DNA of 64,000 nucleotides, taken from assembly GCA_963422645.2 (NCBI GenBank), contig CAXXVO010000021.1, positions 32,001 through 96,000 of the forward strand, read 5' to 3'. This document shows positions 1 through 11,193 of this stretch, piece by piece (within the stretch, counting starts at the first letter, position 1; every line of letters starts with the position of its first letter). The position numbers and the translations under genes are program-made. Origin of the DNA: Alphaproteobacteria bacterium (GTDB taxonomy: Bacteria; Pseudomonadota; Alphaproteobacteria; UBA828). The notes under the pieces were generated by a model, which worked only from the letters and a program-made list of their open reading frames with translations, ran no database searches and was not told where the DNA came from.

Positions 1-192
1 GTCATGACCTCGGGCGGGCCGGCGCAGTCGTCGGAATTGCCGGCCTATATTGCCTATCAGCGGGGCGTGCGGGAGTTCGAGATCGGCGAGGCCGCAGCCT
101 ACGCCTGGATCATCTTCCTCTTCGCCCTCATTCTGATCACGCTCTTCCTGCGCTACCTGAAGCGCGTGCTGCGCGCGCAGGCGATCGCCTGA
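1..192 (+). CDS. Carbohydrate ABC transporter permease, C-terminal part (runs off window start)
   Basis: MTSGGP...GEAAAYAWIIFLFALILI resembles the C-terminus of MalF/UgpA-type permeases; first gene of the ABC cluster. Confidence 0.75.
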   Translation, partial: VMTSGGPAQSSELPAYIAYQRGVREFEIGEAAAYAWIIFLFALILITLFLRYLKRVLRAQAIA

Positions 193-234
193 TGTCGGGT
201 CGCGGAATCGAGCCCGAGATGGCCCACCTTCGGC

Positions 235-324
235 CGTCATGCCCGGACTTGTTCCGGGCATCTCCTCGCCCTACGCGAAGCAGCGGTGCCCTCTTGGATG
301 GCCGGCACAAGCCCGGCCATGACG
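235..324. repeat. Alphaproteobacterial REP-like palindromic intergenic element
   Basis: CGTCATGCCCGGACTTGTTCCGGGCATC (235-262) and GATGGCCGGCACAAGCCCGGCCATGACG (297-324) are imperfect inverted copies, each internally palindromic. Confidence 0.7.
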
Positions 325-385
325 AGGAGGGTGATGCCGAAATTGTTCATGCCAGTTTGCGGGTCGACGTCAGAGGCCGGCCGGC

Positions 386-1225
386 ATGAGTGCAAAGAAC
401 TACAGGCTGGTCCGGCTGCTGCTGCTGATCTTCCTCGGCGTGTGGCTGGTGCTGATCATGTTTCCCTTCTACTTCCAGATCATCACCTCGCTGAAGGACG
501 TGGCGGAGGTCAACCGGATCGCGCCGACGTTCTGGCCGGAAGTGTTCGTGTTCGAGAACTACGTGGCGATCTGGAACGAGCCGGGCAACTTCAAGTCGCT
601 GATCGATAGCTTCATCATCGCGACCAGCAACACCATCTTGTCGCTCTTCTTCGGCACCTTGGCGGGCTACGCGCTGGCGCGCTTCCCGCGCCAGTCGGGC
701 GGTGAGAACGTGGCGATGTGGATACTCTCCAACCGGATGTTCCCGCCGGTGGCGGTCCTGCTGCCGATGTTCTTCCTGTTCGAGGAGCTGTTCGGCACCA
801 CCGACACGCACATGGCGCTGATCATCCTCTATCTGGTCTTCAACATGCCGCTCGCGGTGTGGCTGATGATGGTCTTCTTCCGCGACGTGCCGCGCGAGCT
901 GGAAGAAGCGGCCTACGTGGACGGCCACAAGCCCTTCAAGGTGTTCTTCACGATCACGCTGCCGTTGGTCGGCCCCGGCATGATCGCAGTCGCCATGCTG
1001 TGCTGGATCTTCTCGTGGAACGAATATCTGTTCGCCAACATGTTCATCGGCACGGATGTGAAGACCTTCCCGGTGATCATCCCGAGCTTTACCAGCGGCA
1101 GCCAGACGCTGTGGAATCTGGTGATGGCTTTCAGCCTGGTCGCCATGATCCCGCCGGTGGTGCTGTTCATCATCCTGCGCCGCTACATGGTGCGCGGCCT
1201 CTCGCTCGGCGTGGTGAAGGGCTGA
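386..1225 (+). CDS. Carbohydrate ABC transporter permease (MalG/UgpE type)
   Basis: Multiple TM segments; EAA loop ELEEAAYVDG; WNEYLFA. Confidence 0.9.
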   Translation: MSAKNYRLVRLLLLIFLGVWLVLIMFPFYFQIITSLKDVAEVNRIAPTFWPEVFVFENYVAIWNEPGNFKSLIDSFIIATSNTILSLFFGTLAGYALARFPRQSGGENVAMWILSNRMFPPVAVLLPMFFLFEELFGTTDTHMALIILYLVFNMPLAVWLMMVFFRDVPRELEEAAYVDGHKPFKVFFTITLPLVGPGMIAVAMLCWIFSWNEYLFANMFIGTDVKTFPVIIPSFTSGSQTLWNLVMAFSLVAMIPPVVLFIILRRYMVRGLSLGVVKG

Positions 1226-1226
1226 G

Positions 1227-2336
1227 ATGGCGCGGCTGGAGCTCCAGGGCATCTGCAAGGGGTGGGACTATCCGATCCTCGACGAGCTCGACCTGACCAT
1301 CGAGGAAGGCGAATTCTTTTGCATCCTGGGCCCGTCGGGCATCAGCAAGACGACGCTGCTGCGCATCGTGGCCGGGCTCGAATCGCCCGATGCCGGGCGG
1401 GTCGTCCTGAACGGCAAGGACATCACCGATGTGCCGCCCTATCACCGGCCAGTGGCACTGACCTTCGAGAGCTACGCGCTCTATCCGCACCGCAGCGTCT
1501 TCGACAACATCGCGAGCCCGCTCAGGGCGCAGAGGCTGCCGCGCAGCGAGATCGAGGCGCGCATCGACGAGGTGGCGCGGATCCTGCGGATCGAGGAGCT
1601 GCTGTCCCGCCGGCCGAACGAGGCCTCGGGCGGCCAGATGCAGCGCATCTCGCTGGCGCGCACCCTGGTCAAGCGGCCCGAGGTCTTCCTCCTCGACGAG
1701 CCGATCAGCCATCTGGACGCGCGGATTCGCTACGAGCTGCGCCAGCAGTTTCACCGCCTCGAGGCGCTTCGCGCGGTGGCGACGATCTACGTGACCCACG
1801 ATTACACCGAGGCGCTTTCGCTCGGCGACCGGGTGGGAATCATGGGGCGCGCGGGGTTGGTGCAGACCGGTCTGCCGCGGGACATCTTCGAACGGCCCAA
1901 CTCGCTCTTCGTCGCGCAGCACGTGGGCCAGCCGCCCATCAATCTGATCGACTGTGCGCTGCGACGCGTGGGCGGTGCGCTCAACGTGGAGAGCCCAGAG
2001 ACGCAGCTTTCTTTCCCGCTCGCCGCCGATCACGTCGCCGCCATGGAGGCGCGCAACGAGCCGAGACTGGTCGCCGGCATCAGGCCGCAGTATCTGGAAG
2101 CGCTGGCAGACGACGCCGATGCGGGTGGGCGGCATGTGATGGAGGGTCGCGCCGAGATTTACGAGGCGTTGGGCTCCATGGGCGTGCTCGTCGCCGATGT
2201 CGGCGGCGCGAAGCTCACGATGATCACGGCGCCCGACGCGAATTTCGAGCCGGGCCGGCCGCTCAGGATCGCGCTCAGGACCGAGCGCGTGCACTATTTC
2301 GACATGCAGAACGGCGTTTCGCTGCTCAACGGATAA
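1227..2336 (+). CDS. ABC transporter ATP-binding protein (MalK-like)
   Basis: Walker A variant GPSGISKTT, signature SGGQMQR, Walker B FLLDEP, H-loop YVTHD, C-terminal TOBE-like region. Confidence 0.9.
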   Translation: MARLELQGICKGWDYPILDELDLTIEEGEFFCILGPSGISKTTLLRIVAGLESPDAGRVVLNGKDITDVPPYHRPVALTFESYALYPHRSVFDNIASPLRAQRLPRSEIEARIDEVARILRIEELLSRRPNEASGGQMQRISLARTLVKRPEVFLLDEPISHLDARIRYELRQQFHRLEALRAVATIYVTHDYTEALSLGDRVGIMGRAGLVQTGLPRDIFERPNSLFVAQHVGQPPINLIDCALRRVGGALNVESPETQLSFPLAADHVAAMEARNEPRLVAGIRPQYLEALADDADAGGRHVMEGRAEIYEALGSMGVLVADVGGAKLTMITAPDANFEPGRPLRIALRTERVHYFDMQNGVSLLNG

Positions 2337-2341
2337 CGGCG

Positions 2342-3442
2342 ATGGCGGAAGTCAGGCTGAGCGAGGTCAACAAGGTCTATCAGGGCCGCGGCCAGCAGGT
2401 TCACGCGGTCCGCGACCTCGACCTCGTGGTGGAGGACGGCGAGTTCGTCTCCATCGTGGGACCCTCGGGCTGCGGCAAGTCCACCACGTTGCGCATGATC
2501 GTGGGCCTGGAGAAGGCCACGTCAGGCCAGATCCTGTTCAACGGCGACATGGTCAACGACCTCGATCCGCAGGAGCGGAACGTCGCGATGGCGTTCGAGA
2601 ACTACGCGCTCTACCCCAACTTCAGCGCCGAGGAGAATATCGGCTTCCCGCTGGAGGCGCGGGGAATTCCGAAGCCGGAGCGCCGCCGCCGCGTCCGTGA
2701 GCTGGCCGGGCTGCTCCAAATCGAAAACATCCTGCATCAGCATCCCAACACGCTCTCCGGCGGCCAGAAGCAGCGGGTCTCGCTGGCACGCGCGCTGATC
2801 CGCGAGCCCGCGGCCTTCATCCTCGACGAGGTGCTGGGTCACGTGGACGGACACCTGCGCTTCCAGATGCTGTTCGACCTCAAGCGCCTGCACCAATCGC
2901 TCGACAGCACGATGATCTTCGTCACTCACGATCAGATGGAGGCAATCGCGCTCTCCGACCGGATTGCGGTGCTCCACCAGGGTCGACTCGTGCAAAGCGG
3001 TACGCGTGACGAGCTCTACGACACGCCTGCGACTCGGTTTGTCGCCGACTTCATCGGCGAGCCGCCGACCAACTTCTTCGACGCCCGATTCGTCGAGGAA
3101 GAGGGGGAGGGAATGCTGCAAGCGGACGATCTTGCGCTGCGGCCGACGGCCGAAACCGCAGCCCGTCTGCGCTCCCGCGACGACCAGCGCTATGTCGTTG
3201 GCATACGTCCGCAAAACCTGTTATGCACGCCGAGAGCGGGCACGATCAGTTTCGACGCCACGATCGACATTCATGAATATCTGGGGGAGCGTTCCATCCT
3301 CACCCTGCGCCGAGGCGGGCACAGAATCCAGGCCCTGGCGTCGGCCGAGGACTCGTGGGCGCCCGACGAGCCCATCACTCTCTACTACCGGCCCGAAGAC
3401 ATCATGGTGTTCGATGCGGAGTCGGAAGCTCTCATCGCCTGA
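2342..3442 (+). CDS. ABC transporter ATP-binding protein (MalK-like), second subunit
   Basis: ATG at 2342 (MAEVRLSEVNKVY); GPSGCGKST, LSGGQKQR, ILDE, FVTHDQ. Confidence 0.9.
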   Translation: MAEVRLSEVNKVYQGRGQQVHAVRDLDLVVEDGEFVSIVGPSGCGKSTTLRMIVGLEKATSGQILFNGDMVNDLDPQERNVAMAFENYALYPNFSAEENIGFPLEARGIPKPERRRRVRELAGLLQIENILHQHPNTLSGGQKQRVSLARALIREPAAFILDEVLGHVDGHLRFQMLFDLKRLHQSLDSTMIFVTHDQMEAIALSDRIAVLHQGRLVQSGTRDELYDTPATRFVADFIGEPPTNFFDARFVEEEGEGMLQADDLALRPTAETAARLRSRDDQRYVVGIRPQNLLCTPRAGTISFDATIDIHEYLGERSILTLRRGGHRIQALASAEDSWAPDEPITLYYRPEDIMVFDAESEALIA

Positions 3443-3505
3443 ACGCGACCGGGCGTAGTACCGAGCGGCAATGTTTCTGAGTTCAAAGGACGAAGGAGAC
3501 ACGAA

Positions 3506-5053
3506 ATGGGTATGTTTAGCCACTTAACGCGGCGCAAGTTCCTCAAAGGCGCAGCGGCCGGTGCAGCAGCTCTCGGCGCCTCGGGCGTCGCGGCGCCACG
3601 GCTTGGTCGTGCAGCCCAGGCGGTACCGCCGGGCAAGAAGCTCTTCAACGATATCGAGCTGACCTACTTCCAGGATTCCAACTGGCTGCACGCGCCGCTC
3701 TGGCTCTCCGAGCATCTGATGGCGGAGGCCGGCGTCGGCATCAAGAGCCGGGAGCAGTACGACGGCGGCGATGCGGTCGCGAAGATTCTGCCTCAGCTCC
3801 TTTCCCGCAATCCGCGCTTCGACTGGGCTCAGTTCCCGAGCCTGTTCTTCGGTGCATTCGCGGAGACCGGCCAGCTCGAGCCGCTCGACCAGTACCTGGA
3901 GAAGTACGAAGGCACGTCCGAGTATCTGGACTGGGTCATGCCCGCCTACAGCGAGTTCTACACGAAGTGGGCCGGCCAGACCTACGGCATCATGCTCGAT
4001 GGCGACATCCATATCCTCCACTACCGCAAGTCCTTCTTCGAGCGGCCGGAGCTGCGGGACAGGTTCTCCAAACGCTTCCAGCGGGAGCTCTCCGTGCCGA
4101 AGACCTGGTTCGAGTTCCTCGATGCGACGCAGTTCTTCACCGAGGAGCTGTCGGAGTCCGAGGGCGTCTACGGCTCCTCCATGGTCATCAACCCGCCGAA
4201 CTTCGGCTGGGGCTTCTGGATGGACGTGGCCGCGGGCAACGGGGTCAACTATTTCGACGAGAACATGAACCCGACGATCAACACGGCCCAGGCCGTCGAG
4301 GCGCTGGATCTGTTCAAGGAGATTGTGCAGTTCGGCCCGCCCGGGAAGGAGTCCCTGGGTCTCTCCACCAGCATCCAGCGCTGGCAGTCGGGTGGCGACG
4401 TGATGTCGGTCTGGTGGATCGACCTCGCCGAGTTCACGGTGCAGCAGCAGGGCATGGAGCGTGCAGAGGATCAGCGCGGCGACATCGTTCCGGGCTGGCC
4501 GCAAGAGGACGGCTCCATCAACCACCGGGCGATCTCGCTGTGGTGCCGCACCGGTGCCATCCCGAAGAACGCGCCGGAGGACGTGAAGGAAGCTGCGTTC
4601 TACTTCCTCTATCGGATGTCGCACCCGGACTACTCGGACGACATCGTGGCGGACGAGTATTGCGGCTCCGATCCCTTCGGCCTGAGCCACTACACCGATG
4701 CCGCTGCGCAGAAGTACCTGGAGCCCAACCCGCAGCGCGGGACCAGCGACATCTGGCCCACGAACTCCGGCATTTTCCAGAACTTCGACACCTCGCGGAA
4801 CCATCTCGACGCAGGCCTGAAGAACGTCGAGGTCGGCTATCCTCAGTTCTTCTGGGAAGGCGCGTCCGAGTACGGCGACGCGCTCGGCCGGAACATCCAG
4901 AAGGCGATCGCCGGCAAGCTCACCAGCCAGCAGGCGCTCGACGAGGCGGCCGAGGAATGGGTCCAGATCGTGCAGAAGCTGGGCATCGATAGTCAGATGT
5001 CCCAGTACGCCAACTTCGTAAAGGGCGCGCGTTCGCTCGGCTACAAGATCTAA
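3506..5053 (+). CDS. Extracellular solute-binding protein (family 1) with Tat signal
   Basis: LTRRKFLKG twin-arginine signal; RBS AAGGAG; SBP-like C-terminus QQALDEAAEEW. Confidence 0.85.
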   Translation: MGMFSHLTRRKFLKGAAAGAAALGASGVAAPRLGRAAQAVPPGKKLFNDIELTYFQDSNWLHAPLWLSEHLMAEAGVGIKSREQYDGGDAVAKILPQLLSRNPRFDWAQFPSLFFGAFAETGQLEPLDQYLEKYEGTSEYLDWVMPAYSEFYTKWAGQTYGIMLDGDIHILHYRKSFFERPELRDRFSKRFQRELSVPKTWFEFLDATQFFTEELSESEGVYGSSMVINPPNFGWGFWMDVAAGNGVNYFDENMNPTINTAQAVEALDLFKEIVQFGPPGKESLGLSTSIQRWQSGGDVMSVWWIDLAEFTVQQQGMERAEDQRGDIVPGWPQEDGSINHRAISLWCRTGAIPKNAPEDVKEAAFYFLYRMSHPDYSDDIVADEYCGSDPFGLSHYTDAAAQKYLEPNPQRGTSDIWPTNSGIFQNFDTSRNHLDAGLKNVEVGYPQFFWEGASEYGDALGRNIQKAIAGKLTSQQALDEAAEEWVQIVQKLGIDSQMSQYANFVKGARSLGYKI

Positions 5054-5178
5054 GCGTATCGTTGAGGGGTCGCGGCGCCGTGCCCGAGAGGCGCGAGCCC
5101 GCGGCCCTACTTTCCTCGCACGTGGCGAGCCAGCGGAAGAACAATAGCGGGGCGAAGGGCCCGTTTCCCCTGCCAAAG

Positions 5179-5554
5179 AGAAAGCGATGAGTCAGCGAGG
5201 ACCCCACATCAGCCGCCACGGGATGGAACGTCTCGGCTTCGGCAACATCGCCGCTGCCCACTGGAACTATCGACGGCCCGCCCTTTACGAAGAGGCCGTG
5301 CGCCGAGGCGAGGCGCAGATCGCCGAGGGCGGCGCCCTGATCGCGATGACCGGCGCCCACACCGGGCGCTCGCCCAACGACAAGTACATCGTGCGCGAGC
5401 CATCCTCCGAGCACGACATCTGGTGGGGCGACGTCAACCGGCCGATCTCCAGGGACGCCTTCAACGACATTCACGGCCGGGTCGCGGCGTACCTTCAAGG
5501 CAAGGAGGTGTTCGTTCAGGACTGCCACGTCGGCGCCGATTCGGACTACCGGCT
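5179..5554 (+). repeat. Left copy of 376-bp direct repeat (IS target duplication), containing the pckA 5' end
   Basis: Appears identical to 7478-7853 (offset 2299). Confidence 0.95.
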
Positions 5555-5588
5555 CCTGACTTCGACGGTTGGGCCGGATTTTGGCTGA
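5187..5588 (+). pseudogene. pckA: Truncated 5' duplicate of pckA reading into the IS left end
   Basis: Same N-terminus as the ORF starting at 7486; diverges at 5555 where the IS TIR begins. Confidence 0.9.
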
Positions 5589-7477
5589 TCTCCCGTCTGG
5601 AGTTTTCTGCAAAGACAATGACTTAGAAGTTGCGGTGCGGTCAAGCCGCTTTGTAGTGCCTAGTAGGTATATGTGGTTGTCGATACCCCCGCCGCGCGCT
5701 ACACTTTCCCCGTGTTCGTTCGCATCAAGACCACGCCCAACAGCCCGCGACGCTCGGTCCAGCTCGTCGAGGCCGTGCGCGACGGCGGCAAGGTCCGACA
5801 GCGCATCGTTCGCCACATCGGCGTGGCCATGGACGAGGACGAGCTCGAGCGCCTGAGGCAGCTCGGCGAGTACGTCAAGGCGAAGCTGGAGGACCAGCGC
5901 CAGCCTTTGCTGTTTGCGCCCGAGAAGATCGCAGACCAGGTGATCCGCGTCGGACGCCAGGGCGACGGCAAGCAGGAACTCCCGGTCGATCTCAAGCAAC
6001 TCGAAGAGGAGCAGCGCCTGATCACTGGCGTCCACGAGGTCTACGGCGAGATGTACCGCCTGCTGGGCCTCGATGCGCTGCTGCCGCGATCGCGCTACCG
6101 GGCCTCGCACGACGCGCTGTTCCACGTGGTGATGGCACGCATCGCCAACCCCGACAGCAAGCGGGGCAGCGTGCGCCGGCTCGAGGAGGACTTCGGCGTG
6201 AGCCTTCCCCTTGAGAAGGTCTACCGCATGATGGACCAACTCGGCGCGACCGTGATCGAGCGTCTGCGCACGCAGGTGGGCGAGGCGAGCCGATCGCTGC
6301 TGCCGGAGCCGGTCGCGCTCCTCTTCTTCGATTGCACCACGCTCTACTTCGAGACCGCGGTTGAGGACGAGCTTCGCCAGCACGGCTTCAGCAAGGACGG
6401 CAAGCACAAGGACTCGCAGGTCCTGCTGGCATTGATGGTGACGCGCGAAGGGCTGCCGATCGGCTACGAGGTCTTTCCCGGCGCCACCTACGAGGGGCAC
6501 AGCCTGGTCCCGGTCTTGCAGGACATGCAGCGCCGCCACCAGGTGGAGCGCACGGTGTGCGTGGCCGACCGGGGCATGCTGAGCGCCGACAACCTCGACG
6601 CCATGGACACGATCGGCGGCGAGTACGTCGTCGGCGCGCGGCTGCGCAAGCTGCCGCTCGCGCTGCGGAAGCAGATTCTCGACCCGGGCACCTATGCCCC
6701 GCTGGAGGGCCCGGAGAAGCGCCGGGTCGGCGAATGGGAGCACAAGGGCCGGCGCCTGATCGTCGTCTTCTGCCCCGTGCGCGCGCGCACGGACGCACAC
6801 GAGCGCCGCAAGCAGGTGGAGCGCCTGCTCGACAGGCTGGCCCGCAGCGACAATCCGAAGGAGCTGCTCTCCAATCACGGGGCGAAGCGCTTCATCGCCG
6901 TCGAGGGCGAAGCCCGGCTCACGGTGAACCCGGAGAAGATCGCCGAGGCCGAGCGATGGGACGGGCTCGCCGGCGTCATCACCAATCTGCGCGACGCCAG
7001 CGTCACCGAAGTGATGTCTCACTACCACGGGCTCTGGCAGGTCGAGGAGAGCTTCCGGATCACCAAGCACGACCTGCGGGTGCGCCCCATCTGGCACTGG
7101 AACCCGGACCGGATCCGCGCCCACATCGCCATCGCCTTCATGGCCTTCGCCTGCGTCCGCCACCTCGCCTACCGCGTCGCCATCCAGAAGCGGCGGATGT
7201 CCCCGGAAGTCATCCGCTCCGCCCTCGTCCACCGCCAATGCTCGGTCCTGCGCTGCCGCCAATCAGGCAACCGCTACGTCATCCCCTCCAAGCCGACACC
7301 GGCGGCGGAACAGATCTATGCGACCATGGGGCTGCCCCTGACGATCACCCCGTACCAGCTCGACTGACCGCCGACGAAACCCGGCCCGGTCTCGCAGCGC
7401 CGCCGGATGTAGTGCCTGGCCGGAAATGAGAACCGGCCAATTTCAAATACTTACGCGAATCAACCGTCGAAGTCAGG
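5555..7477 (+). mobile_element. IS1634-family insertion sequence (1923 bp)
   Basis: Perfect 17-bp TIR CCTGACTTCGACGGTTG (5555-5571) / CAACCGTCGAAGTCAGG (7461-7477); long flanking DR; transposase inside. Confidence 0.92.
5712..7367 (+). CDS. IS1634-family DDE transposase
   Basis: [13 protein letters not shown] start (GTG); [38 protein letters not shown] motifs. Confidence 0.9.
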   Translation: MFVRIKTTPNSPRRSVQLVEAVRDGGKVRQRIVRHIGVAMDEDELERLRQLGEYVKAKLEDQRQPLLFAPEKIADQVIRVGRQGDGKQELPVDLKQLEEEQRLITGVHEVYGEMYRLLGLDALLPRSRYRASHDALFHVVMARIANPDSKRGSVRRLEEDFGVSLPLEKVYRMMDQLGATVIERLRTQVGEASRSLLPEPVALLFFDCTTLYFETAVEDELRQHGFSKDGKHKDSQVLLALMVTREGLPIGYEVFPGATYEGHSLVPVLQDMQRRHQVERTVCVADRGMLSADNLDAMDTIGGEYVVGARLRKLPLALRKQILDPGTYAPLEGPEKRRVGEWEHKGRRLIVVFCPVRARTDAHERRKQVERLLDRLARSDNPKELLSNHGAKRFIAVEGEARLTVNPEKIAEAERWDGLAGVITNLRDASVTEVMSHYHGLWQVEESFRITKHDLRVRPIWHWNPDRIRAHIAIAFMAFACVRHLAYRVAIQKRRMSPEVIRSALVHRQCSVLRCRQSGNRYVIPSKPTPAAEQIYATMGLPLTITPYQLD

Positions 7478-7485
7478 AGAAAGCG

Positions 7486-9093
<1,608 letters not shown>

Positions 9094-9230
9094 TGCCGCC
9101 AATGTTGGCAGTCGTGCAGGCAGCCGTGCGCCGGTGGGCTTGCCTCCCTTCACCTGACACACCACGTTAGCTACAAGGTACTCGCGCAGGCTGCGCAGCG
9201 GGCGCAGGTATCGGCAGGATGGATAACCCC

Positions 9231-10733
9231 ATGAAGATTGCATTTTCCAAGATTTCGACACCGGACAAGGGCGTCATCGCCGTCGGCGTGACTGAGGACG
9301 GCGTGATGGGTGCCACCGCGCGGGCACTGGACGAGGAGTCAGGCGGCGCGCTCACCCGCGCGCTCGGCGCGGGCCGCTTCAAGGGCAAGCGGGGGACGTC
9401 TACCACCCTCGTCGCGCCGCACGGGCTCGCCCTCGATGCCGTGATCCTGATGGGGCTCGGCCAGCCGGGAAAGATCGACGGCCGCGGGCTGCGGGCGCTC
9501 GGCGGCAGCGTCGTTCGCAAGATGAACGCCGCCGGCGCGAAGACCGGCGCCATCGCCGTGGATGCGGTGGATGGCGCGAGCGTTGAGCCGCCCGCGATGG
9601 CGGCGGACATCGCCTTGGGCGCGCGCCTCGGCAGCTACAGCTTCGACAAGTATCACACCAAGAAGAAGGCCGAGGACAAGAAGAGCCTGGGCGAGTTCAC
9701 GGTGATGCTCGATGAGCCTTCCGCGGCGGAGGACGCATTCGAGGCGAACGCGAGCCTTGCCGATGGTATCTTCGCCGCGCGCGACCTCGTCTCCGAGCCG
9801 AGCAACGTCAAGTATCCGAAGACCATAGCGGAAGACATCGAGGCGCTGACCGAGGACGGGATCGAGGTCGTGCTGCTGGACCGCGACAAGATGGCCTCGC
9901 TCGGCATGGGCTCGCTGCTCGGCGTTGCCCAGGGCAGCGACCACGAGCCCTATCTTGCGGTCATGCGCTGGAACGGGGCGCCCGAAGACGCCGACCAGCA
10001 GCCCGTAGCCTTCATCGGCAAGGGCGTGACCTTCGACACCGGCGGCATCTCCATCAAGCCGAGCCAGGGCATGGAGGAGATGAAGTACGACATGGCCGGC
10101 TCGGCGGCGGTGGTCGGGCTAATGAAATGCCTGGCCGGCCGCAAGGCGCGGGTCAACGCGATCGGCATGGTCGGCCTGGTGGAGAACATGCCCGACGGCA
10201 AGGCGCAGCGGCCCGGCGACGTCGTCACCTCCATGTCGGGCCAGACCATCGAGGTCATCAACACCGACGCCGAGGGCCGCCTCGTGCTTGCCGACGTTCT
10301 CTGGTACGCCCAGGCGACCTACAAGCCGCGCTTCATGGTCGACCTCGCCACGCTGACCGGCGCGATCATCGTCAGCCTCGGCACCTACAAGGCCGGGCTC
10401 TTCAGCAACGACGACGAGCTGTCGGAGCGGCTGATCGCGGCGGGCAAGGAGAGCGGCGAGGAGCTCTGGCGCATGCCGCTCGGCGAGCGCTACAACAAGG
10501 ATATCAATTCCGCCATCGCCGACATGAAGAACGTGGGCAAGGGGCGGGAGGCCGGCAGCGTCGCCGGCGCGGTCTTCCTCGAGCGTTTCGTCAACGGCGT
10601 GCCGTGGGCCCATCTCGACATCGCGGGCATGGCCTGGATGAAGGGCAGCCACGACCCGACCGTGCCCAAGGGCGCGTCGGGCTTCGGCGTCCGGCTCCTC
10701 GACCAGCTGGTGCGCGCGCACTACGAGGCCTGA
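9231..10733 (+). CDS. pepA: Leucyl aminopeptidase
   Basis: GKGVTFDTGG, NTDAEGRL, DLATLTGA, WAHLDIAG; adjacent to holC. Confidence 0.96.
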   Translation: MKIAFSKISTPDKGVIAVGVTEDGVMGATARALDEESGGALTRALGAGRFKGKRGTSTTLVAPHGLALDAVILMGLGQPGKIDGRGLRALGGSVVRKMNAAGAKTGAIAVDAVDGASVEPPAMAADIALGARLGSYSFDKYHTKKKAEDKKSLGEFTVMLDEPSAAEDAFEANASLADGIFAARDLVSEPSNVKYPKTIAEDIEALTEDGIEVVLLDRDKMASLGMGSLLGVAQGSDHEPYLAVMRWNGAPEDADQQPVAFIGKGVTFDTGGISIKPSQGMEEMKYDMAGSAAVVGLMKCLAGRKARVNAIGMVGLVENMPDGKAQRPGDVVTSMSGQTIEVINTDAEGRLVLADVLWYAQATYKPRFMVDLATLTGAIIVSLGTYKAGLFSNDDELSERLIAAGKESGEELWRMPLGERYNKDINSAIADMKNVGKGREAGSVAGAVFLERFVNGVPWAHLDIAGMAWMKGSHDPTVPKGASGFGVRLLDQLVRAHYEA

Positions 10734-10743
10734 CGCCCGAGCG

Positions 10744-11193
10744 ATGGTCGAGATCGCCTTCTACCAGCTTCGCCGCACGCCGCTGGAGAAGGCGCTTCCC
10801 AAGCTATTGGAGAAGGTGCTGGAGAGCGGGCGCCGCGCCGTGGTGCTGGCCGGCTCGGAAGAGCGCGCGGAGGCGCTGAACGCGGCGCTCTGGACCTACG
10901 ATCAGGGCTCGTTTCTGCCTCACGGCATGGCGCGGGACGGCCGGCCGGAGCGCCAGCCGATCTTTCTTGCAACTGACGACACCAATCCCAACGGCGCTCA
11001 GATCGCCGTCATGGTCGATGGTGTTGCCCCTGCCGATCCCGGCCGCTTCGAACGCTGCCTCGACATGTTCGACGGCACCGATCCGGCGGCGCTGCAGGCG
11101 GCGCGTGGCCGCTGGCGGGCTCACAAGGAGCAGGGCAACACAGTCACCTATTGGGAGCAGACGCAAGGTGGGTCGTGGGAACAAAGAGCGTAG
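10744..11193 (+). CDS. holC: DNA polymerase III subunit chi
   Basis: FYQL...LPKLLEK, LWTYDQGSFLPHG, ARGRWR; pepA-holC synteny. Confidence 0.92.
   Translation: MVEIAFYQLRRTPLEKALPKLLEKVLESGRRAVVLAGSEERAEALNAALWTYDQGSFLPHGMARDGRPERQPIFLATDDTNPNGAQIAVMVDGVAPADPGRFERCLDMFDGTDPAALQAARGRWRAHKEQGNTVTYWEQTQGGSWEQRA

Noticed and set aside
1262-2341. Long N-terminal extension of the 726-aa ORF and many long antisense/overlapping ORFs (e.g. 4920-7262, 32038-34029, 57753-60029)
   Set aside because: Shadow ORFs expected in high-GC DNA; they overlap well-supported genes and lack recognisable motifs.
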